The notes below the pieces were generated by a model that was given only the letters and a program-made list of their open reading frames with translations, was not told the origin of the DNA and did no database searches. From assembly GCA_036380455.1 (NCBI GenBank), contig DASVEQ010000072.1, positions 1,545 to 65,544 on the forward strand: 64,000 nt of DNA, written 5' to 3'. Below, piece by piece: positions 30,619-41,797 of the stretch. Position 1 is the stretch's first letter. Every line of letters starts with the position of its first letter. The stretch comes from Candidatus Limnocylindria bacterium. Its GTDB lineage: Bacteria > Chloroflexota > Limnocylindria > QHBO01. The position numbers were made by a program, and so were the translations under genes.

Positions 30619-31389
30619 TTGCAGGCCATGAGCTATCGATTGCTGTGCCTGGACGCCGGCTTCACGCTGCTCTCGCCGCGTCGGACCCTGGCCGAGGCCC
30701 TTGCCGGCGTGCTCGCCGATGACGGCCACGCGATCACCGAGGATCACATGCGGGCGGCCTGGGAGGAGGCGGACCGGTGGTTCTGGGACGAGTACCACCG
30801 CCCCGGCAACGACACGTGGACTGACGACGGCCGGATCGAGGAGTACTGGCGCCGCTACCACGGCGTCATGCTCGAGCGATTGGGTCTCGAGGCGCACCGC
30901 GAGATGCTGGACCGCATCCTGGCCAGCCAGTTCGCAGCCGACTCGTGGGAGCCGTACGCCGACGTCGAGCCGATGCTGGCCGCGACCCGCGAGATCGACG
31001 GCGTCCGCATCGGCATCGTCAGCGACTGGGGATCGAACCTGCGGCGCATCGTCGGCGAGCTCGGCCTCGATCGATACCTCGACTTCGTCCTTCCCTCCGG
31101 CCAGGTCGGCGTCGCCAAGCCGAACCCGGCGTTCTTCCGCATGGCGCTCGAGGCGGCGGGCGTGCAGCCCCCAGAGGCGCTCATGGTCGGAGACTCCTAC
31201 CGGGCGGACGTCCGCGGCGCCTGGTCGGCAGGCATGGACGCGGTGTGGCTCGACCGGCGCGAGGGGGTCAGCATCACGCCCAGCAACGAGCCGATCCCCA
31301 CCGACGTCCGCCGGATCCACGGTCTCGACGAGCTGCCGGCGATCGTGGCGGCCGGCGGCCCGCTGCCGCGCGGCGCCGCCGCGGCCTGA
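30619..31389 (+). CDS. HAD-family hydrolase
   Basis: The motif I-like LCLDAGFTL and the motif III/IV region (VGDSYRADVRGAWSAGMDAVWL) are present. Confidence 0.7.
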   Translation: MQAMSYRLLCLDAGFTLLSPRRTLAEALAGVLADDGHAITEDHMRAAWEEADRWFWDEYHRPGNDTWTDDGRIEEYWRRYHGVMLERLGLEAHREMLDRILASQFAADSWEPYADVEPMLAATREIDGVRIGIVSDWGSNLRRIVGELGLDRYLDFVLPSGQVGVAKPNPAFFRMALEAAGVQPPEALMVGDSYRADVRGAWSAGMDAVWLDRREGVSITPSNEPIPTDVRRIHGLDELPAIVAAGGPLPRGAAAA

Positions 31390-31394
31390 GATCC

Positions 31395-32426
31395 ATGGAG
31401 GTGCCGGTCGCTTCGCCCGACGGGATCGTCGTCGACAAGTTCGGCGGCTCGGTGCTCCGACGCCCCGAGGACATCGCCGCGGCGGTGGATGTGATCGCCC
31501 GCCAACGCGCGGCCGGCCTGCGGCCGGTGGTGGTCGTCAGCGCCTTCGAGGGCGTGACGGACACGATCCTCGGCGCAGCTCGGGTGCTGCTGCCGGACGG
31601 CGGCGCGTCGCTGCGTGAGAGCGGGCACGCCGCAGACTCGAGCCTGGCGCGCGAGACGGACCGCGCCCTGGCCACCGGCGAGGCGCTCTCGGCGGCCCTG
31701 TTCGCGGTCGGGCTGCAGGCGCGGCACATCCCGGCGCGGTCCTTCTCCGGCGCCGAGGCGGGCATCCGAACCGCGGCCGCGCACCTCGGCGCGGAGGTCC
31801 GGCGCGTCCTCTCGCGCCCACTGCGCGCCGCCATCGGCGAGGGGTACGTGCCGGTGGTGGCGGGCTTCCAGGGGATCGGCACGCACGGTGAGCTGACCAC
31901 GCTCGGCCGCGGCGGGACCGACCTGTCGGCCGTGGCGCTGGCGGTCGCCCTGCGCGCCCTGCGCTGCGAGCTCTTCAAGGACGTGGGCGGCGTGCTCGAG
32001 GCGGACCCGCACCTCGTGCCGGGAGCGCGCTTCCTCCCGGCCGTCGACGCGCTGCAGCTGGAGCTGCTTGCCGAGATGGGAGCGGAGGTCGTCCACCCGG
32101 TCGCGGTGCGGCGCGCCCGCCGCGGCCGCCTCAGGCTGGTGGTCCGAGCCCTGGACGACGAGGCCCCGCAGACGGTCGTGCGCCCCGCGTCCGGCGAGGA
32201 GGACGGCGTGCTGATGCTGGCCGTGGACCGCAAGGAGCGAATGGCGCGGATCAGCCTGGTCGGTCCCGCGGCTATGATGCCCGAGGTGCTGCCGCTCCCG
32301 GCCCACGGAGAGGGCGCCTTCGACGAGGGGGGCATGCGCGTGGTGTGGGCGGAGGTGCCCGTGGCGTCGGCGGCATCGGCCGCGCAGGCAGTGCACGCCA
32401 GCTTCATGAGCCGCCCGCCGGGCTAG
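31395..32426 (+). CDS. aspartate kinase family protein (short, single ACT-like C-terminus)
   Basis: The amino-acid kinase motifs VVDKFGGSV and LGRGGTD are present. At 343 aa it is shorter than canonical two-ACT aspartokinases. Confidence 0.55.
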   Translation: MEVPVASPDGIVVDKFGGSVLRRPEDIAAAVDVIARQRAAGLRPVVVVSAFEGVTDTILGAARVLLPDGGASLRESGHAADSSLARETDRALATGEALSAALFAVGLQARHIPARSFSGAEAGIRTAAAHLGAEVRRVLSRPLRAAIGEGYVPVVAGFQGIGTHGELTTLGRGGTDLSAVALAVALRALRCELFKDVGGVLEADPHLVPGARFLPAVDALQLELLAEMGAEVVHPVAVRRARRGRLRLVVRALDDEAPQTVVRPASGEEDGVLMLAVDRKERMARISLVGPAAMMPEVLPLPAHGEGAFDEGGMRVVWAEVPVASAASAAQAVHASFMSRPPG

Positions 32427-32926
32427 AGGCGCGTCGACTCGTCGTCGGGGGACCTGCAGTCACCGCCGGCCGCGGGCGCGGCAACCATCCCGCGGGCGAG
32501 GAAGAAATGGGTCACCACCGCCTGGTCGCGCACCAGGACGAGAAGCGTGCGGTCGCCATTCGGATCGCCGCCGATGACGCCCCACTCGAAGCCGAGCAGA
32601 TCGTCCACCTCATCCATGCTGACCGATGACGGAAAGACGCAGACGCGATCCCACTCGAACGGGGTGACATCCGCGAGCAGCGGGTCTCCGCTTCCCGCGG
32701 CCAGCCGGATGTCATCGGCCAGCTCGATGTTCGGGAATCCCTGCGTCGCACGGGCCGCGATGCCCAACACGGTGATCAGCAGCGCTCCGATGACGAGCGG
32801 TCCGAACACCCACGCCAGCGGGAACCGCGGCCCCCGGCCATAGTCATCCCGCGAGAACATCGCTCGCCCCCTCCCGGCCATGCTCCGGGTCATCCGTGAC
32901 GACCGCTTCGTGGTCTGCCGTTGCAC
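32423..32926 (-). CDS. hypothetical membrane-anchored protein
   Basis: It has a single N-terminal TM helix and a roughly 110-aa C-terminal domain. The start is uncertain, with an internal Met at 32860. It overlaps the upstream EamA gene end. Confidence 0.35.
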   Translation of the reverse strand: MQRQTTKRSSRMTRSMAGRGRAMFSRDDYGRGPRFPLAWVFGPLVIGALLITVLGIAARATQGFPNIELADDIRLAAGSGDPLLADVTPFEWDRVCVFPSSVSMDEVDDLLGFEWGVIGGDPNGDRTLLVLVRDQAVVTHFFLARGMVAAPAAGGDCRSPDDESTRL

Positions 32927-33844
32927 CCGGGCGCAGCTGGAGGAGCACTGCCGCCGCCAGGATGAGCCCGCCGCCGACCAGCTGGATCGGAGCCGGTTGC
33001 TCGGCCAGCAGGAGCGCGGCCAGGCCCACGCCGACGACCGGCTCCAGGGTCGCGACGATCGCCGCCTTCGACGGGCCCAGGCGCCGGATCCCCGTGATGA
33101 AGGCCAGCGTCGGCACTCCGGCGCCGATGACCCCGGCCAACACGACGGGCACGATGGACGCCGCGCTTGCCAGCGGCGACCCGAGCGTGCCGGCGGTACC
33201 GAGTCCGACTCCCAGCAGCACGTACAGCATCGCCGCCCCGGCCATCGTGATGGTGGCGGCCTGCGGACCGGGCACGTGGGCGAATCCGTGCCGCGCGGCG
33301 AGGACGTAGAACATTTGGCTCAGGCCCGCCAGGAAGGCGAGACCGATGCCCAGCGGGTCGATCCGGCCCAGCGAGCCGGCTCCGGCCATGACGAGCACCA
33401 TGCCACCCAGCGAGATGCCCAGAGCGACCCAGCGGGTCCGGTCGAGCCGCTCCCCGAACCACAGCGTCGATGCCAGCGCCACGCCGGCCGGATACAGGTA
33501 GAACACCAGCAGGGTGAGCGCGATGGTGATGCGCTCGAAGGCGATGAAGGCCGCGAGGTTCAGGACCATGTTCGCCACCACGGCGGCACCGAGGAACCAG
33601 CGGTCCCGAACGGGGAGGGAGCGCAGCGATCGCGGTCGGACGCCGGCGAGTGCGAAGCGCAGCGCGATGAACACTCCGACGACGCAAGCCCCCAGCGCAG
33701 CGCGCCATGTCACGAGCGTGAGGGAGTCGACGCCGGCATCGCCCGCGAATCGGCTCAGCGGGCCCAGGGTCCCGAAGCAGGCGGCGGCCAGCGCGACCAG
33801 GCCCGCGCCGACCAGGTCAGCTCGTGGCTGCTCCCGCCGCCCGC

Positions 33845-33848
<4 letters not shown>
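32844..33848 (-). CDS. EamA/DMT-family transporter
   Basis: It has 10 predicted TM helices, with duplicated EamA-like halves. Confidence 0.75.
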
Positions 33849-35848
<2,000 letters not shown>

Positions 35849-35917
35849 GGGGCGAGATGCATGGTAGCCACTCAGGCGATTGGCCTCGAAACGCGCTCGT
35901 TGCTGACCGCCCTGCGG

Positions 35918-36832
35918 TCAATCGGCGAGGAGCTTCGCCCCGGCGGTGTCGAAGCGCAGTCGCGTCGCCATGCCCGACACACCCGCGGCGTTCCAGGCCT
36001 TCTCCACCGCATGGGCGCCGGCGGGCGAGTCGCAGATCGCCAGCACGGTCGGGCCGGCGCCGGACAGGCAGGCACCGGCCGCACCCCGCTCATAGGCCGT
36101 CTCGATCAGCTCACGCGCCCCGGGCAGCATCGGGAGCCGATAGGGTTGATGGAGCTCGTCGGCCATGGCCGCCCGCAGCAGTCCGGCGTCCGAGGTCATG
36201 ATCGCCGTCGCCAGCAGCGCCGAGCGGCCCGCCTGGCGCGCGGCGGAGGCATGCGAGACGCTGTCGGGAAGCGCCTTCCGCATGTCCACCGTGCGACTCT
36301 CACGCTGCGGGATGAACGCGACCGGGATCCATGCCTCCGGGACGCGAAACCGACGGAGCGCCACCCGTCCATCGGTCTCCGTGAGCGCGAGCGTGAATCC
36401 GCCGTACAGGGCGGCGGCGACGTTGTCGGGGTGTCCCTCCAGGCTCGACGCGAGCTCGAGGAGCTCGTCGGCCTCCACCTGGCGTCGGCCGACGGCGGCA
36501 CCCAGGACCACGCCGGCCACGATCGCGGCAGCGCTCGATCCGAGCCCGCGGGCCGATGGGATCATGCTGGACACCTCGAGCCGCCACGAGGCGGCTCCGG
36601 GCGCCGTCGAAACCCGCAGGCCTTCGCGGAAGGCGCGGATCAACAGGTTGTCGTCGGCAACCTCGTCGTCGCGCGGGGCGCCCTCCCCGCGGGCGTTCAG
36701 GGTGATGCCCGCCTCGTTGCCGTGCCAGAGCTCCGCTCGCAGCTTCAGCGAGAGGGCGGCCGCGAAGCAGTCGAACCCGCTGCCGAGGTTGGCGCTCGAG
36801 GCCGGAACGTCGACGCTGGCGATGGGCGGCAT
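35918..36832 (-). CDS. thrB: homoserine kinase
   Basis: The GHMP kinase motifs PASSANLGSGFD and GLGSSAAA are present. The start was trimmed from the longer ORF. Confidence 0.85.
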   Translation of the reverse strand: MPPIASVDVPASSANLGSGFDCFAAALSLKLRAELWHGNEAGITLNARGEGAPRDDEVADDNLLIRAFREGLRVSTAPGAASWRLEVSSMIPSARGLGSSAAAIVAGVVLGAAVGRRQVEADELLELASSLEGHPDNVAAALYGGFTLALTETDGRVALRRFRVPEAWIPVAFIPQRESRTVDMRKALPDSVSHASAARQAGRSALLATAIMTSDAGLLRAAMADELHQPYRLPMLPGARELIETAYERGAAGACLSGAGPTVLAICDSPAGAHAVEKAWNAAGVSGMATRLRFDTAGAKLLAD

Positions 36833-36954
36833 GCGGGCCGAGTATAGGGTCGCGCATACGTCATCCGGCCGCGCACGGCCACCGCCAACGTCGGAGGAGC
36901 GGCTGCGACGTCCCGCGGTGGGAGTCGCGCCCGGCGGCACCCACACTCGGAGGC

Positions 36955-37434
36955 ATGAACCGCGCCGCACTCGTCACCGACGACGCGCCCCCCGCGGCCC
37001 GCCTCGCCGGCGCCGAAACTGCCCTGCGCGACGATCCCGTCGTGTGGCTGAGCTCGGTCCAGCGAGATGGCCGGCCGCACGTGGTGCCGGTCTGGTTCCA
37101 CTGGGACGGCGAGCAGATCGTTGCCTTCTCGAAGCCGCACGCCCGCAAGGTCGACAACCTGCGTGACCAGCCGCGCGTGATGCTGGCGGTCGGGACACCG
37201 GGGCCGGCCTTCGAGGTCGAGCTCATCGAGGCCACCGCGGAGCTCCCGGACCGACCGGCTGCCGAGCTGATGCCGGAGGGGTTCGGTGCGAAGTACCGCG
37301 AGCTCCTGCGGCGGGCCGGCCTTTCGGTCCAGCGCTTCGCGGAGGTGTACTCGCAGCCCATCGTCCTGCGGCCGACGCGCTTCCTCGGCTACGGCGGACG
37401 TGGATGGCAAGGCTCGGGCGCCCTGGCCACCTGA
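36955..37434 (+). CDS. PPOX-class (pyridoxamine 5'-phosphate oxidase-like) F420-dependent oxidoreductase family protein
   Basis: The split-barrel signature VWLSSVQRDGRPHVVPVWFHWDGEQIVAFS is present. Confidence 0.6.
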   Translation: MNRAALVTDDAPPAARLAGAETALRDDPVVWLSSVQRDGRPHVVPVWFHWDGEQIVAFSKPHARKVDNLRDQPRVMLAVGTPGPAFEVELIEATAELPDRPAAELMPEGFGAKYRELLRRAGLSVQRFAEVYSQPIVLRPTRFLGYGGRGWQGSGALAT

Positions 37435-37455
37435 GCGGCGGGTGGTCGCCCTCCG

Positions 37456-37818
37456 TCAGCCGATTGGCCGCGCGCCCTCGACGGCCTGGATGAGATCGTC
37501 GTAGCCGAAGGGCTTGGCGATGAAGGCGGCGGCCGCGATCTCGCCGGCCCAACGCGCGGCGTCGCGTGCCGCGGTCATCACCACGATCGGGGTGCCGTGA
37601 CCCCGGCGGCGCAGCTCGGCGGCGAATCCCCAGCCGTCCAGGACCGGCATGCGCATGTCGAGCAGGATGAGATCGGGCGGGTCGCGCTCGACGGCCGCGA
37701 GGGCCTCGGCACCGTTCATCGCCTCCGCGACCGAGTAGCCCTCGATTTCGAGCATGGCGGACACGGTCGCGCGGATGTCCGGCTCGTCGTCGACCACCAG
37801 GACGCGGACCTCAGGCAT
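37456..37818 (-). CDS. single-domain response regulator (CheY-like receiver)
   Basis: The acidic pocket (VVDDE), phospho-acceptor (LILLDMRMP) and the T (VVMTA) and K (FIAKP) residues are present. The start was trimmed to MPEVRVLVVDD. Confidence 0.7.
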   Translation of the reverse strand: MPEVRVLVVDDEPDIRATVSAMLEIEGYSVAEAMNGAEALAAVERDPPDLILLDMRMPVLDGWGFAAELRRRGHGTPIVVMTAARDAARWAGEIAAAAFIAKPFGYDDLIQAVEGARPIG

Positions 37819-39721
37819 CGGCCACCGCCTCGCTCGCGATCGGAGGCGACCAGGTCCGCTCGGTGGCGCTCGCGTCGTCGACCGGCGATCCATCGTCCAG
37901 GGGCAGGCTGATCACGAACGTGCTGCCCCCGCCGGGGGTCGCCTCGTGCCAGATGCGCCCGCCGTGTGCTTCCACGATGCGGCGGCAAATGAAGAGGCCC
38001 AGCCCGAGGCCGGTGTCCGTCACGTTCTGCACGTTCGAGGCGCGGAAGAATCGCTCGAAGATGCGTTCGCGCTCGGCCTGTGGGATGCCGACTCCATGGT
38101 CGATCACCGCGATGCGCGCCGCCCCTTCGGCCACCCCGATGACGATCTCCGGGCCCTCGGCGTCCGGCCCGTACTTCCGTGCATTCTCGACGAGATTCTC
38201 GACGACCTGCTCGATGCGAGGGCGATCCACCGGACCGATGAGTGGACGACCCGGCCCGGTGACACGGACCGTCGCCCCCTGCTCGGCGTGTCGCTCCCGG
38301 ACGGACTCGACGATCTGGCACAGGTCGGCCGGTTCGAGGTCCATGACCACGCGTCCCTGCTCGAGCCGCTGCGCGTCGAGGAGCTCGCTCACCAGGTCAC
38401 GGAGCCGGCGAGCCTCCCGCACGATGCGCGCGACGCTGGCCGGATCGACGGGCGCGGTCGGGTCGCGCTGAAGGCGGCGCTCCAGGAGCTCGGACTGGCC
38501 GAGCACCACCGTGAGCGGCGTCCGCAGATCGTGGGCGGCCGCTGACAGGAACTCCTCCTTGAGCCGGGCGGCGTCCTCCCGGGCGCGCAGCTCGCCGGCA
38601 TGCGCCGTCAGCGTGCGGGACTCGATGATCACCGCCGCCTGGTCGGCCAGCAGCTCGAGCAGCCAGAGGTCATCCTCCACGAAGATCGGCGACCGGGCGG
38701 CGTACACCGTCAGCACGCCCATGCGGCGATCCTCGTTGGTGATCGGCGCCGCGATCACCGTGCGGGCGTTGGCGGCCTCGTATCGCTCCGCCTCACCGGG
38801 GTCATCGCGCCTGGCGTCGAGGGCCACCAGCCGCCGACGCTCGGTGAACGCGCGACCGGCGATGAATTGGTCGCTCGGGTACTCGAACCACTCGCCGTCC
38901 GCGGACACGTACCGCAGAACGTCGCCCTCCCCGTCTGCCAGGCCGATGGAGGCGCCCGTCGCGCCGAAGGCCGCAGCCGCCGCGCTCTGCAGCTCCAGGA
39001 TCGCCAGCCGCTCATCGGTGACGCCGGCGAGGTGGGCCGATCGCTCGAGGAAGCCGCGCAGATCCGGCTCCCTCCATGCCCGGCGAATCCAGGCCGGCGG
39101 CGCGAAGCCGAGGAAGAACGAGAGCACGGCCGCCAGAGCGACGAGCTGCGCGACGAGACCGAGGGCCGGTGCCACCGCGGGGAAGAGGGCGCCGATGAAG
39201 ATCGCGACGATGGCGCCGATGAACAGCCCGGCACCGATCGCGACGGCCGTCATGCGGCGACGGGTGATGCCGTGTGTCCGGAGCGCAGCGTTGGCGAAGG
39301 CCACCGCCGCATATCCGCCGACCGCCACGAAGAAGCCGATGGTGACGAGCTCGACGAGCGCTGCCATCGGCTCGAACGCGACGATCGCCAGAGTGCTCAC
39401 GCCCACGAATGCTGCCGCGCCCGCAGCCTGCACCCAGCGCGGTGTACCGCTGAAGTCGTCGACCAGGCGGAGCATGGCGAAGGGAGCCACGTTGAGGAGG
39501 ATCAGCGACAGGCTGGTGGTGATCGGGTTGCCGGCCAGGCCCAGAAGCGCCGTCACGCGCGCGATGGCGACGATGCTGGCGATCGATCCGAACAGGAGGG
39601 CAGTGTCGAGGCTGGCACGGCTCGGGCTGCGCACGGCATGGCGGAGCACGACCAGGAAGAGGCCGACGAACAGGACCTGGTTGATGAGGCTGATCAGCTC
39701 GAGCGCAGTCATCCCGGGCAC
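37811..39721 (-). CDS. membrane-anchored GAF-domain sensor histidine kinase
   Basis: The N-terminus has multiple TM helices and is followed by a GAF domain. The HisKA H-box (AAAHDLRTPLT) and HATPase_c N/G boxes are present. It is coupled to the REC gene (8-nt overlap). Confidence 0.8.
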   Translation of the reverse strand: MPGMTALELISLINQVLFVGLFLVVLRHAVRSPSRASLDTALLFGSIASIVAIARVTALLGLAGNPITTSLSLILLNVAPFAMLRLVDDFSGTPRWVQAAGAAAFVGVSTLAIVAFEPMAALVELVTIGFFVAVGGYAAVAFANAALRTHGITRRRMTAVAIGAGLFIGAIVAIFIGALFPAVAPALGLVAQLVALAAVLSFFLGFAPPAWIRRAWREPDLRGFLERSAHLAGVTDERLAILELQSAAAAAFGATGASIGLADGEGDVLRYVSADGEWFEYPSDQFIAGRAFTERRRLVALDARRDDPGEAERYEAANARTVIAAPITNEDRRMGVLTVYAARSPIFVEDDLWLLELLADQAAVIIESRTLTAHAGELRAREDAARLKEEFLSAAAHDLRTPLTVVLGQSELLERRLQRDPTAPVDPASVARIVREARRLRDLVSELLDAQRLEQGRVVMDLEPADLCQIVESVRERHAEQGATVRVTGPGRPLIGPVDRPRIEQVVENLVENARKYGPDAEGPEIVIGVAEGAARIAVIDHGVGIPQAERERIFERFFRASNVQNVTDTGLGLGLFICRRIVEAHGGRIWHEATPGGGSTFVISLPLDDGSPVDDASATERTWSPPIASEAVADA

Positions 39722-39783
39722 ATGCGTACGTGCGCCTTACACCAGCACGCGGCGTGCCAGCTTGGCGAGCAAGCGCCTGGTCA

Positions 39784-41154
39784 TCACCCCAGGCCCAGCA
39801 CCGCGCGCGCCACGACGAAATAGACGATCAGCCCGGACGCATCGACCAGCGTGGTGATGAACGGGGCGCTCATCACCGCCGGATCCACACCGACGCGCCG
39901 TGCGACGAGTGGGAGCAGTGCCCCGATGAACGCGGCCAGCGTGCAGACGACGACCAGCGTGACGCTGACGACGGTGCCGATGCCGCGGCCCGCGAACACG
40001 GTCGCCGGGATGAACGCGATCAGCGCGAGCATCGCGCCCAGCAGGAGGCCGACGCGGGCCTCACGGAGGATGACGAAGCCAAGGTCTCCCATCCGGACCT
40101 CGCCGACCGCCATCGCGCGCGTCACGGTGGTGGCGGCCTGCGCCCCGGTGTTGCCGCCGGTGCCGATCACCAGCGGGATGAACAGTGCGAGCGACACCAC
40201 TTCCGCCAGCGTCCGCTCGAACACCTGGAGCACGTTGACGGTCAGCGTTGCCGCCACGATCAGCAGGAGCAGCCATACCACCCGGGATCGAGCGATCTGC
40301 AGGACCGACGTCGCCAGGTACGGGCGGCCGAGGGGCTCCGCGCCACCGGCACGGGCGACGTCCTCCGTCTCCTCTTCCTCCAGGACCTCCATCGCGTCGT
40401 CGACGGTGACGATGCCGACCAGCCGATCCTCGCTGTCGACGATGGGCAGGGCCAGCAGGTCGGCCTCGCGCATGAGGCGGGCGACCTCTTCCTGGTCGGT
40501 GTCGACCCGCGCCGAGTACACGTCGGCGTCCATGAGGTCGCCGACGGTCGTCTCGGGATCGGCGAGGACGAGATCCCGAAGCCCCAGCGCGCCGATCAGC
40601 CGCCGGCGCCCGTCGGTCACCGGGAGCGCGTAGATCGTCTCCGCCGATCTGCCAATGCGCCGGAGCCGCTCGAGCGCCTGTGCCGCGGTGAGCCCGGCCG
40701 GGAGGCTTGCGACTTCCGGGGACATGAGGCGGCCGGCCGAGTCCTCGGGATAGCCGAGCAGCGTGGACGTCAGCTGACGTTCGGCGGGTGAGAGGCCGGC
40801 CAGCAGCTGGCGCGCGACCGTTGCCGGCATCTCCTCGGTCAGCCGTGCCCGGTCGTCGGGATCCATCTCCTCGAAGAGCTGCCGAACGTTCGCGTCCCGC
40901 AGCCCGTCGAGCAGCTCCTGCTGGACGGAGGGGTCGAGCAGCTCGAAGACCTCGAGCGCGCGGTCCCTGGCGAGGAGCCGGAAGGGCACGGCACGGCGCT
41001 CGCGGGGCAGGCGGGCGAGCTCCTCGGCGATCTCAACCGGGTCGGCCTGGGCGAGCCACCGGTCCATGAGGTCGAGGTCCTGGCCGAGGAGGATGTCCTC
41101 CACCTCGACGACCGGAACCGCGTCGGGCGTGCCGGTGAGGGTGGGTCTGGTCAC
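39784..41154 (-). CDS. mgtE: magnesium transporter MgtE
   Basis: The MgtE N-domain, tandem CBS domains and a C-terminal 5-TM domain with the GTGGNTGAQ motif are present. A GTG start was chosen, and the start is uncertain. Confidence 0.8.
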   Translation of the reverse strand: MTRPTLTGTPDAVPVVEVEDILLGQDLDLMDRWLAQADPVEIAEELARLPRERRAVPFRLLARDRALEVFELLDPSVQQELLDGLRDANVRQLFEEMDPDDRARLTEEMPATVARQLLAGLSPAERQLTSTLLGYPEDSAGRLMSPEVASLPAGLTAAQALERLRRIGRSAETIYALPVTDGRRRLIGALGLRDLVLADPETTVGDLMDADVYSARVDTDQEEVARLMREADLLALPIVDSEDRLVGIVTVDDAMEVLEEEETEDVARAGGAEPLGRPYLATSVLQIARSRVVWLLLLIVAATLTVNVLQVFERTLAEVVSLALFIPLVIGTGGNTGAQAATTVTRAMAVGEVRMGDLGFVILREARVGLLLGAMLALIAFIPATVFAGRGIGTVVSVTLVVVCTLAAFIGALLPLVARRVGVDPAVMSAPFITTLVDASGLIVYFVVARAVLGLG

Positions 41155-41181
41155 CCGGCGAGAATAGCCCCGCGAACACGG

Positions 41182-41214
41182 AAAAACGCGCCCGTGCCGC
41201 GAGGCACGGGCGCG
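41182..41214 (-). terminator. intrinsic terminator inside the mgtE 5' leader (CGCGCCCGUGCC-ucgc-GGCACGGGCGCG followed by UUUUUCC)
   Basis: A perfect 12-bp GC stem plus a U5 tract was read on the minus strand. It ends 27 nt before the mgtE start. No upstream minus-strand gene is present for about 640 bp. Confidence 0.55.
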
Positions 41215-41797
41215 CGTGGTGGGCGATTGGTCAGGCGGCGGTGCCCGCCCGGCGAGGCCGGAGCAAACGGAACGGCCACGCCGGTGGGCGGCGGGCGGGT
41301 TCCGTCTTTCGGCGCCCGTGCGCATCGCGCCGGCGGCGCTCCGCCGTGCGGCGGTGCTCGTCCGCCAGCGCCCGCGAGACCATCAGCGCGGTAGCGGGGT
41401 GCATCGGTCCGATCTCCTGGTTCAGTGCGGGTACTTCGCGGTGACCCGCGGCGTCCACGGGTCGACCTGCTCGCGGGCCGTGGCGTCCATCCGACCGAAG
41501 AGGTCGCGAAGGAACGTCCGGGCCGCGCCTAAGCCCCCGGCGGTCCTCCGGTTCGGCCGCGACGGCCGATTCGGAGGCGGCGCGAAGGGTGATGCATCGG
41601 CGAGCGAGAGAATCAGCGCGCCTGCGGGCATCATCGGCGTTGCCTCCTTCGGGTGATCTCGTGGTGTCTGTCGATGGCTCGAGTTTCGTGCGCGAACCTG
41701 GAGCCGGCCACGGCCGGCGGTCGCGGGCGGCAAGGCGATCTTCCGCCGATGCAGCCGTACGTCATTCCGCCGCGGGAGATGGTGGCGTGGGGGGCAT

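Noticed and set aside
30945-32426. Long ORF spanning the HAD hydrolase and aspartokinase genes
   Set aside because: It is an out-of-frame read-through of the HAD gene. The kinase homology starts at the ATG at 31395, right after the HAD stop.
35918-36970. Use of the full 350-aa ORF for thrB
   Set aside because: The first 46 aa are Arg-rich with no homology. Homoserine kinase conservation starts at MPPIASV (36832).
41215-41460. Explicit M-box (ykoK) riboswitch call upstream of mgtE
   Set aside because: I could not find the conserved M-box core motifs by eye. I report only the terminator and attenuator architecture and leave family assignment to a covariance-model search.
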